This document shows positions 1 through 11,038 of a stretch of DNA of 64,000 bases, piece by piece. Below the pieces are notes generated by a model. It made no database searches. It saw nothing but the letters and a program-made list of their open reading frames with translations, and was not told where the DNA came from. Source of the stretch: a virus (taxonomy: Duplodnaviria > Heunggongvirae > Uroviricota > Caudoviricetes); the IMG/VR virus record IMGVR_UViG_651324002_000003, positions 19,934 to 83,933 of that record; one strand, given 5' to 3'. Within the stretch, counting starts at the first letter, position 1. Each line of letters opens with the position of its first letter. The translations under genes and the position numbers were made by a program.

Positions 1-747
1 AAATCATTACTCATCTGGACATCCATACTTTTTATGTGCTTTACATCTATCAGTTTTGCTGAGCCCCAAGAAATTTTTGCCGAATACACCTATTCCGTTG
101 GAAACAATGAAAACATGTCCAGCGCCGAACAAAACGCCATTATTCAGGCTAAGCGCATCGCCATGGAGCAGGCTGGTACATATCTCGAATCCTATATCGA
201 AGTGGTGAACAACCAGCTAACCCGGGACGAAATTCGTTCCATGGCTGCCGGCATGATGGAGACTACTATCCTTGAAAAGAGAGTCTTCACCGAAAACAAC
301 GCCGTAATGATCTATGTAAGAATCAAAGCTAAGGTTGACCCTGAGAAGGTCAAAACTCCCGATGTTGCAAAGGCAACTGAATGGTTTTTGATCGGAAAGC
401 AGTACGATGTCCAGCGCCGTTACGACGATGCAATTATGGCTTTTTCCAAAGCCATTGAGTTGAACAAGAGTTATTCAAAAGCATATGTTTACCGCGGCGT
501 AATGTATTGCGCAAAGTCGTTATACGAACAGGGGATCACCGATTTCGATTCAGCAATCCATTATAATCCTACTGAGGCAATTGCATATTACAACAAGGGG
601 TTAGCCAATGAACTTCTTGGTAGGAAAAAAGAAGCAATCGCATCATACAAATTGTTTCTAACTTATGCCGTACCCAACGATGGCGGCAGAGATGATACTG
701 GCAGAATTGAAAGAGCTAAGGCAATCGTCGCCACCCATCAACCTTGA
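1..747 (+). CDS. TPR-repeat protein, probably secreted, 5' partial (frame is open to position 1)
   Basis: Repeated A..F..A...N..Y..A...G TPR helices (AIMAFSKAIELN, AYVYRGVMY, AIAYYNKGLANELLGRKKEAIASYKLF). A hydrophobic signal-peptide-like stretch ends ISFA before EPQ. No stop upstream in frame. Confidence 0.55.
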   Translation, partial: KSLLIWTSILFMCFTSISFAEPQEIFAEYTYSVGNNENMSSAEQNAIIQAKRIAMEQAGTYLESYIEVVNNQLTRDEIRSMAAGMMETTILEKRVFTENNAVMIYVRIKAKVDPEKVKTPDVAKATEWFLIGKQYDVQRRYDDAIMAFSKAIELNKSYSKAYVYRGVMYCAKSLYEQGITDFDSAIHYNPTEAIAYYNKGLANELLGRKKEAIASYKLFLTYAVPNDGGRDDTGRIERAKAIVATHQP

Positions 748-1541
748 TTCGGTACCCCAAAGCCATAATTAACTCCCAGGGTATTCGGGAGATAGTTCTG
801 AGGCATCGAATTGAATTGATTCCATGACGGGAACGAATATGCCGGCTGTGCCTGCGTACTATTCCCATTCCACTGATTCGCCAAGCGATTACCCAACGCA
901 GAACCTAAACCGCCAGTCACAGCGCCGAGCGCACCGCCAAGCAATCCAGAACTGCCTTGTTTCACATAGGTAGCAGCATTCTGCTGTTGATTCAACCTGT
1001 CCAACTGGCTGGCCGCCGGCACCGTAAACGACTGTCCCAGAGATCCCAGCTGACCAATGCCACTCACAGCCGTTTGGTATGGCTGATTCGCCATTTGACT
1101 GTATAACTGCAAGCCCTGGTCAATGTTACTGTTAATCGCATTAGCAGCATACTTGTTTAAATCGTCCTCAGAATCCTGGAACAAAGAGCTGTTAATCACG
1201 CCGCGCCGGCCGAGTTGCGCTATGTTGTTGCTTCTCGCCTCATTCATGTTTTGGGCGACCAGTCCGGTCTTCTTGTCCATGTACTCTTGCGGCAGTTCCA
1301 GATTAGCAACCGCCTGCTGCCCGGCAATGGACGATTGCAATAAATTCGGCAGGTTCGTTTGGGTCACCGCATCATTGGCCATCGTGCCTAGTTGGTTAGC
1401 AGTGCCGAGCATGTTTTGTCCATACTGTGACAGTCCAGTATCAAGATTCTTTTGTTCCTGCGTCGTCTGCGGCCGGACTATCTTGTCGCTACTTCCAAAT
1501 AGGGATTTCTTTACGCTTCCCACTGGGAATACCCCCTTCAA
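738..1541 (-). CDS. Q/N/G-rich low-complexity protein (possible internal/ejection or distal tail protein)
   Basis: 267-aa ORF with prion-like Q/N/G composition at the end of the virion gene string. Confidence 0.4.
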   Translation of the reverse strand: MKGVFPVGSVKKSLFGSSDKIVRPQTTQEQKNLDTGLSQYGQNMLGTANQLGTMANDAVTQTNLPNLLQSSIAGQQAVANLELPQEYMDKKTGLVAQNMNEARSNNIAQLGRRGVINSSLFQDSEDDLNKYAANAINSNIDQGLQLYSQMANQPYQTAVSGIGQLGSLGQSFTVPAASQLDRLNQQQNAATYVKQGSSGLLGGALGAVTGGLGSALGNRLANQWNGNSTQAQPAYSFPSWNQFNSMPQNYLPNTLGVNYGFGVPNQG

Positions 1542-1866
1542 TAAATTTTCTCATAATACACCACCCTTGCGATATTCGCACCAGGTGATACCCAAATTTT
1601 CGCTCCCATGCTTTAGGGTTTCTTCTGGTTGCAAACAAAACAACAAACAGCCCCAAACGAGAACAGAGAGCCTCGGCAAACCGTTGCCAATGCTCCCCGT
1701 CTCCAGTTACGAGCTTAATATATAAGGCATCTTCATCGTATTGATACGAGAAGATGCCTTTTCTTTTATCATAAATGATAATATCTTCTTTCTCGAAGAA
1801 TGGTTCGCTGTTTGCTTTGGATTTGTAGAACGATAGCCATTTGTCGTATGATTTTATTTGGATCAC
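1489..1866 (-). CDS. hypothetical protein
   Basis: 125-aa ORF collinear with the tail genes. No motif recognised. Confidence 0.35.
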   Translation of the reverse strand: MIQIKSYDKWLSFYKSKANSEPFFEKEDIIIYDKRKGIFSYQYDEDALYIKLVTGDGEHWQRFAEALCSRLGLFVVLFATRRNPKAWERKFGYHLVRISQGWCIMRKFIEGGIPSGKRKEIPIWK

Positions 1867-1869
1867 ATC

Positions 1870-4050
1870 CTACGAGACAATTAGTTTTTTCCACCATCCG
1901 GCGGCTCCCTTTTGACCATTTTCATGATAACCACTGTCGTATTGCTCTCCCCTGATACCGCCAATTCCTCCATCGCAGTTAATTGTACCAGTGTCAATCA
2001 TCATATTGCGCGTCGATAAAATAACACATCCACCTCCGCCGCCACCGCCACCGCCAGTACGATAAGAAACAACTCCGGTCTTTCCATTTTCCCCCTTGGC
2101 ATTAATGGTACCAGTAAACAGAAAAGATTCGGCAATACATATTAAACAACCACCGCCACGTCCACCGGAGCCACCAGCGTATGTATTTAGACCAGTAAAG
2201 AAACTACTCCCCTTCCCTCCATTCCCCCCTTTTTTTAATTGCTGGTACATTAAGCTTCTTCGCTTCCAATAACTGGTCGGAGTATTTCCTGATGAGGCCA
2301 CCAACAAAGTGGTATCATTAATGTTTATTTCAGACACATATCCGTTATCAGTAGCGGCACTGCTATGGCTTCTGCCACCACGTCCGCCAGCACCACCGCC
2401 AGTCCCCTTTCCTGCATTGTGTGGAGCAACGGTTACCGTACCGAAAATCATCGCAGTTCCACGACATTTAATGATTGTTGAAGTGGGAAGCGACAGGGTA
2501 TGCCCTGGTAATACTATAAAGTTATTAAACTCATATATCCCTTCGGACAGTGCGACATTTCTCGTCGTGCTAATATAATTTCCGTCTATCCCTGAACCGA
2601 AATCCCGCAGCCAATCTGGAACGCCGCTCTCGCTCTCGTTTTTATACCTTCTAACCAACCTGCCAATACTTTGATAATCAGCAATAACAGGTTTTCCTAC
2701 GTCCTCTTCATTAAAGTATATTTTCCCCGTATTCCATTCGCCCTGGGTATTATAATTCGCTAAGAATTGCCCCTGTGTCGGTTCTGTCGGAACCTCTGTC
2801 ATTCGGATACGAACATAATCAAGACCCAAATGAATGTCCGGAAGAGTGCCTTCCTGCGCCCGTTGCACAATTAAGTTCGTAAGGCCAAGCACATTCGCTC
2901 CCGATCTATGTGTGGCCGCTGTAGTTCCGCCATAAGCACGCGTAACCGTTAATGTATTCCCGTTGATCGAAGCAACCTGCATCTTTTCATTGTCAACTTG
3001 AATGACGTCAACACCAGAAAAACCGGTCCCTGACGCTACCGAAATACTTGTTGCGGATGTACTGGATATAGCGGCAGACAGTTGTGTGATTACTATAGTG
3101 GAGTTTGATTTATTCGTAACCTTCATGGCTTCGTTTCCAATGACAATAATGTCATTCACCTTATAAAGGTTAAGATCATTCACTGCTATGTTCGTCTGTG
3201 TAGTGTTCAGTATAGGGCCCCTCAACCAATCAAGGAAAGAGACTTTCAAAGTAGACGGGTTTTCCTTTGCCGGGACTCCTTTCAACATAATAAACCCAGC
3301 GCTCGGTATCCCTTGCACGTCTGAAATAATAGGAATCGTCTCTATTTGGTCGGTAGCCTGATTATAGTTATAATCAATGAGTGGAGACAAGTCGCCCTGC
3401 GACCTGGTCATGAAATCCTGGTATCTGCTTACTACCAAAACCGAATCAATAGCATCCGCACCGGTTTGCACCCGGGCAATAAACAATCGCTTCGTCCCGA
3501 TCCAAGTAGTCCCATTGTAATAGAACATCTTCATGGATGATGTGTCAAACCAATGAGCCCCATTATCCATTGCCGGGGCCATCGTTTGATATTTTGGCTG
3601 GATCGTGCTATAGCCGAACTGTAGAGAGTTTTTATCGATTCGTTCTATGTAGAGGTATACCGTTGAATTGGCCGGCAAGTTACTGTATGCGTTAACCACA
3701 TCATCTGTAACAGATTCAATATAGTCAACAGCCCCCTGCTCATCGCTAAATCCATCAGCGAACGTAACGATTAGGCTTGTGACAGCGGCTTTAATTGTCA
3801 AAGACAGCGCGTTAGATCCCGTCTCTAAAAAATCAAAACCGCCGGTGGCGGTTCTTCCTCTAATAATCGACTGCCTGTTTTCGCTCGGTAATTGCGGCAA
3901 ACTATTTACACGGCTTCCTATTTCATCGTAAAGGGCATTGTCGTTTTCATACAGAGCATCAACAGCCGCATCTAACAGCTGGAATCCCTGCATCCTTTTT
4001 GTTCCGCCCTTTACTATATTCAAAAAATGTGCCCTGTTAAAATGCGTCAC
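1870..4050 (-). CDS. tail fibre/appendage protein with glycine-rich C-terminal region
   Basis: 726 aa. C-terminal poly-Gly runs (GGGAGGRGGR, GGSGGRGGG, GGGGGGGGG) typical of phage fibre/appendage proteins. Start abuts the stop of the upstream gene. Confidence 0.55.
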   Translation of the reverse strand: MTHFNRAHFLNIVKGGTKRMQGFQLLDAAVDALYENDNALYDEIGSRVNSLPQLPSENRQSIIRGRTATGGFDFLETGSNALSLTIKAAVTSLIVTFADGFSDEQGAVDYIESVTDDVVNAYSNLPANSTVYLYIERIDKNSLQFGYSTIQPKYQTMAPAMDNGAHWFDTSSMKMFYYNGTTWIGTKRLFIARVQTGADAIDSVLVVSRYQDFMTRSQGDLSPLIDYNYNQATDQIETIPIISDVQGIPSAGFIMLKGVPAKENPSTLKVSFLDWLRGPILNTTQTNIAVNDLNLYKVNDIIVIGNEAMKVTNKSNSTIVITQLSAAISSTSATSISVASGTGFSGVDVIQVDNEKMQVASINGNTLTVTRAYGGTTAATHRSGANVLGLTNLIVQRAQEGTLPDIHLGLDYVRIRMTEVPTEPTQGQFLANYNTQGEWNTGKIYFNEEDVGKPVIADYQSIGRLVRRYKNESESGVPDWLRDFGSGIDGNYISTTRNVALSEGIYEFNNFIVLPGHTLSLPTSTIIKCRGTAMIFGTVTVAPHNAGKGTGGGAGGRGGRSHSSAATDNGYVSEININDTTLLVASSGNTPTSYWKRRSLMYQQLKKGGNGGKGSSFFTGLNTYAGGSGGRGGGCLICIAESFLFTGTINAKGENGKTGVVSYRTGGGGGGGGGCVILSTRNMMIDTGTINCDGGIGGIRGEQYDSGYHENGQKGAAGWWKKLIVS

Positions 4051-5636
4051 TATGACCCCACCTCCGCCACATGAATAATAATTTTGCGTATGGTGATATT
4101 GCCGGATTGAATCAGAATTTTTACATCAAACTCATCAACCCGGTAATTAAACCTCTCATATTTTTCCGTAACCGGCTTCTCCCAGATATCATCGTAGTCA
4201 CCGAAAATATCTTCTTCGTCTCCATAAATTTCAATGCCGCCTTGTTCAAAGACAAAAGGCAACCATATATCGCCGATCTGGACAACGCCGGTTCCTTCCG
4301 TAGTCGGAAACCAGTACAATTCAACTTTTTTAATGACAACATCCGCTGCCGTTGAAAACAATTTTGTGCCAATCAGAGCTTCTTTTTCCACGCCGTCATC
4401 TGTAGACAGCTCGTCATCAAACTCAACAATGGTATCGCCGATAACGCCCCACATGTTCTCTTGAATGAGCATTAAATCAATAAGGTCCTGAGTAAATAAT
4501 CGGTGAGTAAAGGACCCAACCCAGTCAGCCGACCGCGTAAAATAGTGGTAAATATACACGCTCCCATTTTTGTTGGGTTTTAACCAAGCCTGCTGTTTGG
4601 TTGGAATATGCCACACCCTGGCATCCTGGCTCATCGTTGGCGCCAAGACGGAGTTTATATTTCGTCCAACTTCATTCGATTTAATAGACCCATATTCCTG
4701 AACCGTGGCTAAACTATGGAATCCATATTGTCCCATGAAAAATACATCGTTTGCCGCAGATATTGCACAAAAGGCATTCATGCAATTCACTCCGCGCGAT
4801 ATCTCCTTCACATTCCAATCTTTTGACTCATACTCACCGATCACACGGTAAAGGATATTGTTGGACTTAAACACTAAAATGTCTTGGGATAACGGAACAA
4901 TGGCGACAATATCACCAGAGTCCTGATATCCCACTTCAATGAACTTTGCATTGGCAGCCTGCGTATCAAATTCCCAGTTTAGAAAATCTCCAGTACCGGA
5001 ATACCTAAGATAATCTTTACAGTCTTTTATGATTGGATTGCCTTCGTCGCCATATGTCGTAATGTTAGCAGACACGGTACAGGAAACTACTACTCGGCCA
5101 TTTCGCTGAAAGACAATGTTACATGGAGCCTGCGTGTTAATGGTAGCAAACCCCATATTCCCTGCAGTAACTAGTGTTGTAATGGGCAATCCTTCGCCAA
5201 CATCTCCAACGGGGAATAAGCTTGAAACACCATAAGCCTGCAACAGTCCGCCGGAAGCAATTAAAACAGCTCGCCCATAAAAGCAAAAAACCGGCTTTTC
5301 TCTGCCGGATAGTTCTCCTATTAAGGTTTTCATATCTGTCGTTCTGTCATAGCTATAAAGGTTTCCACGGACTTTTTTCCCAACATCAGCCACAAACAAA
5401 ATTGTGTTATGAATCTCATCGTAAACTGCGGCTATAATAGGTGTTTCATGCCGCATCCTCACACGATACCCGGCCACTGTTTTCAGTTCGCCGGTGATAT
5501 TATCAAATTCTATGTTTGTTCCTGTAATTAGAGCATCCGGCGGTAGTGATTCCGGGTTTGATGTATAAACAATGCCACGGCGAAAATCTGATAGGTCAAT
5601 CACGTTCGACGTTCTATGTTTTGTTGATCGAAACAT
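4050..5636 (-). CDS. tail structural protein (hypothetical)
   Basis: 528-aa ORF inside the tail gene string. No catalytic motif. Confidence 0.45.
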   Translation of the reverse strand: MFRSTKHRTSNVIDLSDFRRGIVYTSNPESLPPDALITGTNIEFDNITGELKTVAGYRVRMRHETPIIAAVYDEIHNTILFVADVGKKVRGNLYSYDRTTDMKTLIGELSGREKPVFCFYGRAVLIASGGLLQAYGVSSLFPVGDVGEGLPITTLVTAGNMGFATINTQAPCNIVFQRNGRVVVSCTVSANITTYGDEGNPIIKDCKDYLRYSGTGDFLNWEFDTQAANAKFIEVGYQDSGDIVAIVPLSQDILVFKSNNILYRVIGEYESKDWNVKEISRGVNCMNAFCAISAANDVFFMGQYGFHSLATVQEYGSIKSNEVGRNINSVLAPTMSQDARVWHIPTKQQAWLKPNKNGSVYIYHYFTRSADWVGSFTHRLFTQDLIDLMLIQENMWGVIGDTIVEFDDELSTDDGVEKEALIGTKLFSTAADVVIKKVELYWFPTTEGTGVVQIGDIWLPFVFEQGGIEIYGDEEDIFGDYDDIWEKPVTEKYERFNYRVDEFDVKILIQSGNITIRKIIIHVAEVGS

Positions 5637-5660
5637 CAGAAGTCACCACCTTTATTTGAA

Positions 5661-6254
5661 TCAAAAATACCCCTTGACCAGGGTAAAGTCAGTCGTCATG
5701 TTATTCAGCAAGTCCTTAATCTGTTCGCCGAAAATTGCCATAAACTGTTCTTCCACATTAACCGAAAACTCATTGCGCATGCCGGCCCGGATCGTTGCGT
5801 ACTCAACGATGAAATCTTCATAATCAGAAGGCCAACCGGAATCAAATTTCTCCAACAACCGTTGCGCCTCCGGGATATAAACAGCAATGAAAGGATATCT
5901 TCCATCCGGGATTGGAACCCAGTGGATGAAGTTCGGTAAAAAATATTTACTTGGCACTCCCGTAGATGTTAAGTCTTGGACTGAATCAAGGTCTACTTTT
6001 GTAATCTTTTTTCCGTTGATCCGCAACTCCAGTATTTTAACCGCCTTCAAGGACAAGTTACTAGTCGCAACGCCTGGTTCTGTAAATCCAGTTTCAGCCG
6101 TGGAAAGCATAAGCGGCGCATGCTTAGAAACAGTGCGCCGCAAAAATTTATGACCTTCATTGATGTAATCCAATAATTCTGGTGTTTTGTACCCAATGTT
6201 CTGTGTATCAACAATCCGATATCGGACACGCTCTACGAGTTCTGAGACTAACAT
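5661..6254 (-). CDS. hypothetical virion protein
   Basis: 197-aa ORF in the structural operon. Confidence 0.4.
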   Translation of the reverse strand: MLVSELVERVRYRIVDTQNIGYKTPELLDYINEGHKFLRRTVSKHAPLMLSTAETGFTEPGVATSNLSLKAVKILELRINGKKITKVDLDSVQDLTSTGVPSKYFLPNFIHWVPIPDGRYPFIAVYIPEAQRLLEKFDSGWPSDYEDFIVEYATIRAGMRNEFSVNVEEQFMAIFGEQIKDLLNNMTTDFTLVKGYF

Positions 6255-6305
6255 TGTCTCACCGTCCTAAAATAAAATAGAGCCTTGCGGCTCTTTTTCA
6301 ATGAA

Positions 6306-6881
6306 TTACACGTTAACTTTTTGTTCCCAGTCAACGCCTGTCACAATGGTGTCAATCTCTTCAATCGACTGCGCCCTCTCGATGGCGTTTTTGTACTCAC
6401 TACATAAATATAACTTTCGATATTTCCAATCTGCTGCGGCAATCATCACGGCCTGAAATTGCTCGTATGTATGCGGATACCATTCCTTTGTGACATCATC
6501 AGTATTCCATATGCGGTATGATGTCGGTTTCCCGGTTGACTGTGCTACTTGCATAGCCTGAGCAAAATTAATTTGATCAACTATATCAGTATCGTACCGG
6601 TGCTGTTCGCCCAGAACATCACAATAAAAACCAGATAGCAATATCCGGCCGCAGGCGTCGTTAACTTCCGCAACTTTCCATTGCTTGTAATCTTTCAGAC
6701 TCGGCACATATGGCTCAGGTTCTGGTTGCGGCTCTACAGCTTTTAGGGCAGGTCCGTTGCCATCCCAATAATATTTCGACCAATCAATAGGAGATTTGGA
6801 CTGATACCAACCATCAGGCGGGTTGTCGCCATAGTAGGTTTTTACTGCCGTATCTCCCTCGATTAGGTATGCGTACATCAT
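6306..6881 (-). CDS. hypothetical tail-associated protein (possible fibre assembly/chaperone-like)
   Basis: 191-aa ORF directly downstream of the fibre genes, overlapping the upstream stop. Confidence 0.4.
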   Translation of the reverse strand: MMYAYLIEGDTAVKTYYGDNPPDGWYQSKSPIDWSKYYWDGNGPALKAVEPQPEPEPYVPSLKDYKQWKVAEVNDACGRILLSGFYCDVLGEQHRYDTDIVDQINFAQAMQVAQSTGKPTSYRIWNTDDVTKEWYPHTYEQFQAVMIAAADWKYRKLYLCSEYKNAIERAQSIEEIDTIVTGVDWEQKVNV

Positions 6882-7852
6882 AGGTCGCCCCCTATCACAA
6901 AAGAGTAAGATTGCACCGCCGGCTCGTCCCCGCCAACATAAATCTTTGCCAAACGAGTGTTTGTCAAAGAATACAAGTACCCATCTGCATATGCCAACCC
7001 CCTACACTGCACAAAAGAACCTAAATCCGCGTGCCAAATTGTATCGACAATTTGCATCGTATTCGGGTCAACCTTGATAATGCTATTCGGACTTGTGCGA
7101 CATTGTACGTATAGATATCCACCTACTGCCAAGCACCTTTCAGGGTTGGTATTTTCATTGTTACCCGCCCCCAAAGGAAGGGTCGTTACAGTCACACCCT
7201 CTTGAGTGAAATTGCTTAAATCGACTTTCGCAATTTTTCCAGGGGCCATGTACATTGGCGAATACAAATGATCTCCGATTATACTGACATCATTACAACG
7301 GTTATTTATAACTGTGGGAAAGGATAGGTTTGCAACAGTCTCCAAGGTGTCTAAATTAATTTTTGTAAAGGCACCTGGCGTCATGCTATTAGCTGTATAA
7401 AGATACCTGCCGCTTATAACTGCACCAGAACACGTTCTGGTGCGGGCGTCAGAAGAATAATACCTTGTTGCTAAAGAGAGGCCCCCTTTAGTGTATTTGT
7501 CCCTATATCCGTTTGCCATTATAAAGTATACATAGTTAGCGTCTGTAGTAACCGCATGTAGCATATTCCCGTTTGCCCTGGCTACGGGAGTAATCAAGCC
7601 TGCCGCGTAATCGACTTTCAACACATAAGCCCCGGAATAGTAAGCCCCATACACTAATCCGTCACTATACACTGCGCCACGAATATCGTTCGAAGATACA
7701 GAGGATATTTGCGTGTTATCGACCAGTGCCAAAGTGTCTAAATTATATCTCCGTATAGCCGTTGGATGATACACAAATACGTACAAATATCCTCCGCCAA
7801 CCGTTACCGCTGTGCCAGACGGCGATATTGCAATCGAACTAACTAACTCCAT
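6878..7852 (-). CDS. repeat protein with five G(G/D)YLY(V/S/T) motifs (beta-propeller-like), tail associated
   Basis: Recurrent GGYLYV / GRYLYTANS / GDHLYSP / GGYLYVQC / DGYLYSLTN repeats about 50 aa apart. Confidence 0.45.
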   Translation of the reverse strand: MELVSSIAISPSGTAVTVGGGYLYVFVYHPTAIRRYNLDTLALVDNTQISSVSSNDIRGAVYSDGLVYGAYYSGAYVLKVDYAAGLITPVARANGNMLHAVTTDANYVYFIMANGYRDKYTKGGLSLATRYYSSDARTRTCSGAVISGRYLYTANSMTPGAFTKINLDTLETVANLSFPTVINNRCNDVSIIGDHLYSPMYMAPGKIAKVDLSNFTQEGVTVTTLPLGAGNNENTNPERCLAVGGYLYVQCRTSPNSIIKVDPNTMQIVDTIWHADLGSFVQCRGLAYADGYLYSLTNTRLAKIYVGGDEPAVQSYSFVIGGDL

Positions 7853-7860
7853 AAGCCCTC

Positions 7861-9759
7861 CTATTCAAATTCCGGATAGACATTGAGCATTTTAATGTTC
7901 GTCGCCGCACTCTCGACCTTGTACCAGAAGGTATCCCCCACCGCATATGGCACTGCTGTCACATCAGTTGTCGCCTCTGCAGTCGAAAACGAAAAGCTGT
8001 ATTGTTCGGCATCGTTTTTATATAGTCTTAATGTGACTTCGGAATTAGGAACAATGCCTGCATTTAAACTCGTATTATCTGTTGATTGTACTGTCAAAGT
8101 TTTTAACGTTCTGGCAGACCGCAGTAAAAGAATTGCAGAACAGGAATTGTTGACCGGATTGATAATTGGTATTGCGACACTGGGCGCAACCTGCCTGACC
8201 TGACCAATACTTGTCTCTATAACAACGTCGCCGCTACCGTCGAAACTGACACTTCCAGTTACATCGCCTTCAAGAGAGATTGTTCGTGCAGTATCTAGTT
8301 TTCTTGCGTTTCGTCTATCCTTTACAATCCACGTGACAGCTCCATCCGTTACTATCTCTCCAAGTGCCGGCCATTCCGGTTCTGTCTCGTAAGCAATACC
8401 GCCAATTACGCATTCGGCATAAGCATAACTGGGAAGCTTAGTGCTGAAAATGATTTCTCCTATGGTATAGTTTGCCCCTGAAATCCATGGAGGGAACTGA
8501 ATACCCTGCGGTCCCTGTGGACCGGCGGGTCCCTGTGATCCTTGTAGTCCCTTTGGACCCTGCGGTCCCTGTGGACCATACATCGCCAGAAGTGCCCAAT
8601 ACGACTCTGACGATTCGTCGCCACTAGGAGGCATGTTCGTGTTCCCGGATAAACAGAAATACGATGCTCCCTCGTACCCAACAGCGTCGTTCTGAAAATA
8701 AGTTGTTGTTGAGTTCCACGCACCCTGCCACGCAAGGCCGATAGGACTTGCCGCTCCTGGAGCCCCCTGCAAGCCAGGCTCCCCGATTGGTCCTTGAACT
8801 CCTTGCATGCCTTGCGGCCCCTGTTCTCCTTGCGGTCCCATGGGACCCATTGGCCCCGGCGGTCCTTCCGGTCCCGGTTCTCCTATATTGCCGGGATCTC
8901 CTTGTTGACCAGCCGGACCGGTTTCGCCCTTTTCGACGATGAGATTCCAATATATTTCTGAAGCTACATCTCCTGTCGGATAGATAGCCGAGTTGTTTTC
9001 TAAGCAATAATAAGCCGAACCATCGTATCGTACAGCATCTCGCTCTACATATGTTTCGGAGTCATCCCACTCGCCGCGCCAATTCACCCCAACAGGTCCT
9101 ATAGGACCTTGTAGTCCTTGCGGCCCCTGCGATCCCTGAATGCCCTGTGGTCCCTGCGGACCTACAGCACCTTGAGAAGCAAGTAGGGCCCAATAAGTAC
9201 TTGATGACGGGTCTCCGGTTGGCGGAACGTTTGTATGTTCAGTTAGACAAAAATAAGATGCTCCACTGTAGCCCACCGCATCGTCTTTAACGTAGGCCGT
9301 TCCATTATCCCATAATCCGCGCCACGTTAGCCCAGCCGGCCCAACAGGTCCCGCAGGTCCCGGCAGTCCCTGTTCTCCTTGCGGTCCCGGTGGTCCTTGA
9401 ACACCTTGCGGACCTGTCTCACCGGTTGGCCCAGCAGGACCTTCTGGCCCTTGTTCACCAACGTCTCCCTGCGGTCCTTGCAATCCCATTGGCCCCTGTG
9501 GTCCCTGTTGACCTGTCAGTCCTTGCGGCCCTCGTTCACCTTGAGGGCCAATTGCCCCTCTTAACCCCTGTGGTCCCTGCGGACCGGTGGGGCCGGGTGG
9601 TCCCTGAGCGCCCTCTATCTCTTCAATTTGTTCTCGAATTTCATCCGCTACTTCTGTAATTACCGCATTTGTTTTGTCGCTTGACCATACCTTATCTGTG
9701 CTGATATTCTGGTCGTCAATAGTAGCCAGACCTGCTGCTTGTCCCCATAGACCGGGCAT
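7861..9759 (-). CDS. collagen-like triple-helix repeat tail fibre protein
   Basis: Four long Gly-X-Y tracts ([22 protein letters not shown]...) separated by three homologous globular modules of about 50 aa. C-terminal non-collagen domain. Confidence 0.8.
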   Translation of the reverse strand: MPGLWGQAAGLATIDDQNISTDKVWSSDKTNAVITEVADEIREQIEEIEGAQGPPGPTGPQGPQGLRGAIGPQGERGPQGLTGQQGPQGPMGLQGPQGDVGEQGPEGPAGPTGETGPQGVQGPPGPQGEQGLPGPAGPVGPAGLTWRGLWDNGTAYVKDDAVGYSGASYFCLTEHTNVPPTGDPSSSTYWALLASQGAVGPQGPQGIQGSQGPQGLQGPIGPVGVNWRGEWDDSETYVERDAVRYDGSAYYCLENNSAIYPTGDVASEIYWNLIVEKGETGPAGQQGDPGNIGEPGPEGPPGPMGPMGPQGEQGPQGMQGVQGPIGEPGLQGAPGAASPIGLAWQGAWNSTTTYFQNDAVGYEGASYFCLSGNTNMPPSGDESSESYWALLAMYGPQGPQGPKGLQGSQGPAGPQGPQGIQFPPWISGANYTIGEIIFSTKLPSYAYAECVIGGIAYETEPEWPALGEIVTDGAVTWIVKDRRNARKLDTARTISLEGDVTGSVSFDGSGDVVIETSIGQVRQVAPSVAIPIINPVNNSCSAILLLRSARTLKTLTVQSTDNTSLNAGIVPNSEVTLRLYKNDAEQYSFSFSTAEATTDVTAVPYAVGDTFWYKVESAATNIKMLNVYPEFE

Positions 9760-9822
9760 GATCGCACCCCCAATAATAAATAATAGAGAGGCAGGAATGC
9801 CCTGCCCCTCTTGTAACTAACC

Positions 9823-11034
9823 CTAGTCGGCGGCTGCGCCAGTCAGCACCTTGAGGCAGGCGAAGTCCTCGCCGTTAAACTTGGCTTTTTCGGCGCCCCA
9901 GATCATGCCAGTCGAAATACCAACTTTGTTTTTATAATCTCTTTCATCTTCTACCCATTCAGGCTCCTGCGCAATTGCCATGCCGCAGGCCTGTGCCCCC
10001 AAGAACAGAGAATGGGCGACGTTCGCGCCAGAAGCGCCGGAGAGAGAAATGTTGATGTTTTCATGACTATGAATCACACAACCATCATATATCCCTGTCA
10101 TGCCGGTAAAGATCGGGTTTTTGCTCCCACGAACGTTAGCATACTTCTGTGCCTCGTACCAGACCGGATCGGCCCACAGATCGCGTTCCTGCCACGGATG
10201 AATGACCATGACAAACAGTTCCTGCCCGTCGACGTTTACAGGGCGCATATTGCAACGCGCACCAGGGTAGCGTTTGCAACCCATTGCATTGCCGGAAGAC
10301 GCCGTCTTCCACTTCATATGCACTTTTGCCGAAGTGTCGCTGTATACTTCGACAATAATACGTTCCTGAGACGCTACAGTTACCACGTCGCCCACCTTTA
10401 ATTCGGTGGTAAATTCAGTGGTTGTGCCAGTGATAATGTACGAATCAGCTTGCACAGCAACAGTGCCGGTCAACGTTACATTTACCGGCGATCCGGCCAG
10501 CTTTGCCTTGCGTTTTGCCCTGGAAATTAAAGAAGCCGTGAACTTGTCAGTATCAGTGAGCAAGTTCTCGGCTTTACTACCTGCGGATAATTGTCGGTTC
10601 GGGCTGGCCGTCGTGGACAGAGCCTTAAAGATATCATAGTCAATCTTTTCTTTCAGCCACATCGACAAGCCATCGCGTCCATCACGGCGCATTTTGAGTT
10701 GGGTTTTTTGCTCTTCGAAGCGACCCTTGATGATCGTAGCATGGCGAATCTGATCCACCACAACGCTGAAATCCTGGTACATTAAGGGTTCTTCATTGCC
10801 TTCCAGGACATCGTCGCCGGTGACGCCGGGACCGATTAATTTCGGCAGCAGCGGAACGACAATTCTGTCGCCGGCTTCTTTTTTCAGATCCGTCATTTTG
10901 GTGATGATGCTATTCGGGCCTTCCCCGATGAATTTATTCCAATACAGTTCCTTCTTGGTAGTTTCCCAAAGTACCCGTCTCCAGTAGCGTTCTACCAGAT
11001 TCGCTGGTACCCTGGTCTGATTGTCAACTTCCAT
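9823..11034 (-). CDS. major capsid protein (putative)
   Basis: 403-aa ORF immediately downstream of the scaffold gene, a position and size typical for a major capsid protein. No diagnostic motif can be checked without a search. Confidence 0.55.
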   Translation of the reverse strand: MEVDNQTRVPANLVERYWRRVLWETTKKELYWNKFIGEGPNSIITKMTDLKKEAGDRIVVPLLPKLIGPGVTGDDVLEGNEEPLMYQDFSVVVDQIRHATIIKGRFEEQKTQLKMRRDGRDGLSMWLKEKIDYDIFKALSTTASPNRQLSAGSKAENLLTDTDKFTASLISRAKRKAKLAGSPVNVTLTGTVAVQADSYIITGTTTEFTTELKVGDVVTVASQERIIVEVYSDTSAKVHMKWKTASSGNAMGCKRYPGARCNMRPVNVDGQELFVMVIHPWQERDLWADPVWYEAQKYANVRGSKNPIFTGMTGIYDGCVIHSHENINISLSGASGANVAHSLFLGAQACGMAIAQEPEWVEDERDYKNKVGISTGMIWGAEKAKFNGEDFACLKVLTGAAAD

Positions 11035-11038
11035 TTAT

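Noticed and set aside
1123-1725. 200-aa plus-strand ORF
   Set aside because: Antisense to the Q/N-rich gene and the adjacent ORF. No support from gene order.
8470-9600. Periodic short repeats that could be mistaken for a CRISPR array
   Set aside because: Periodicity is 9 bp (Gly-X-Y codons) inside a long ORF, with no repeat-spacer structure.
8460-9659. Cluster of plus-strand ORFs (8460..8735 minus-frame, 8624..9007, 8748..8942, 9379..9564, 9390..9659) with Pro/Arg/Leu-rich translations
   Set aside because: They lie antisense or out of frame within the GC-rich Gly-X-Y repeats of the collagen-like gene. Their low-complexity translations are a repeat artefact.
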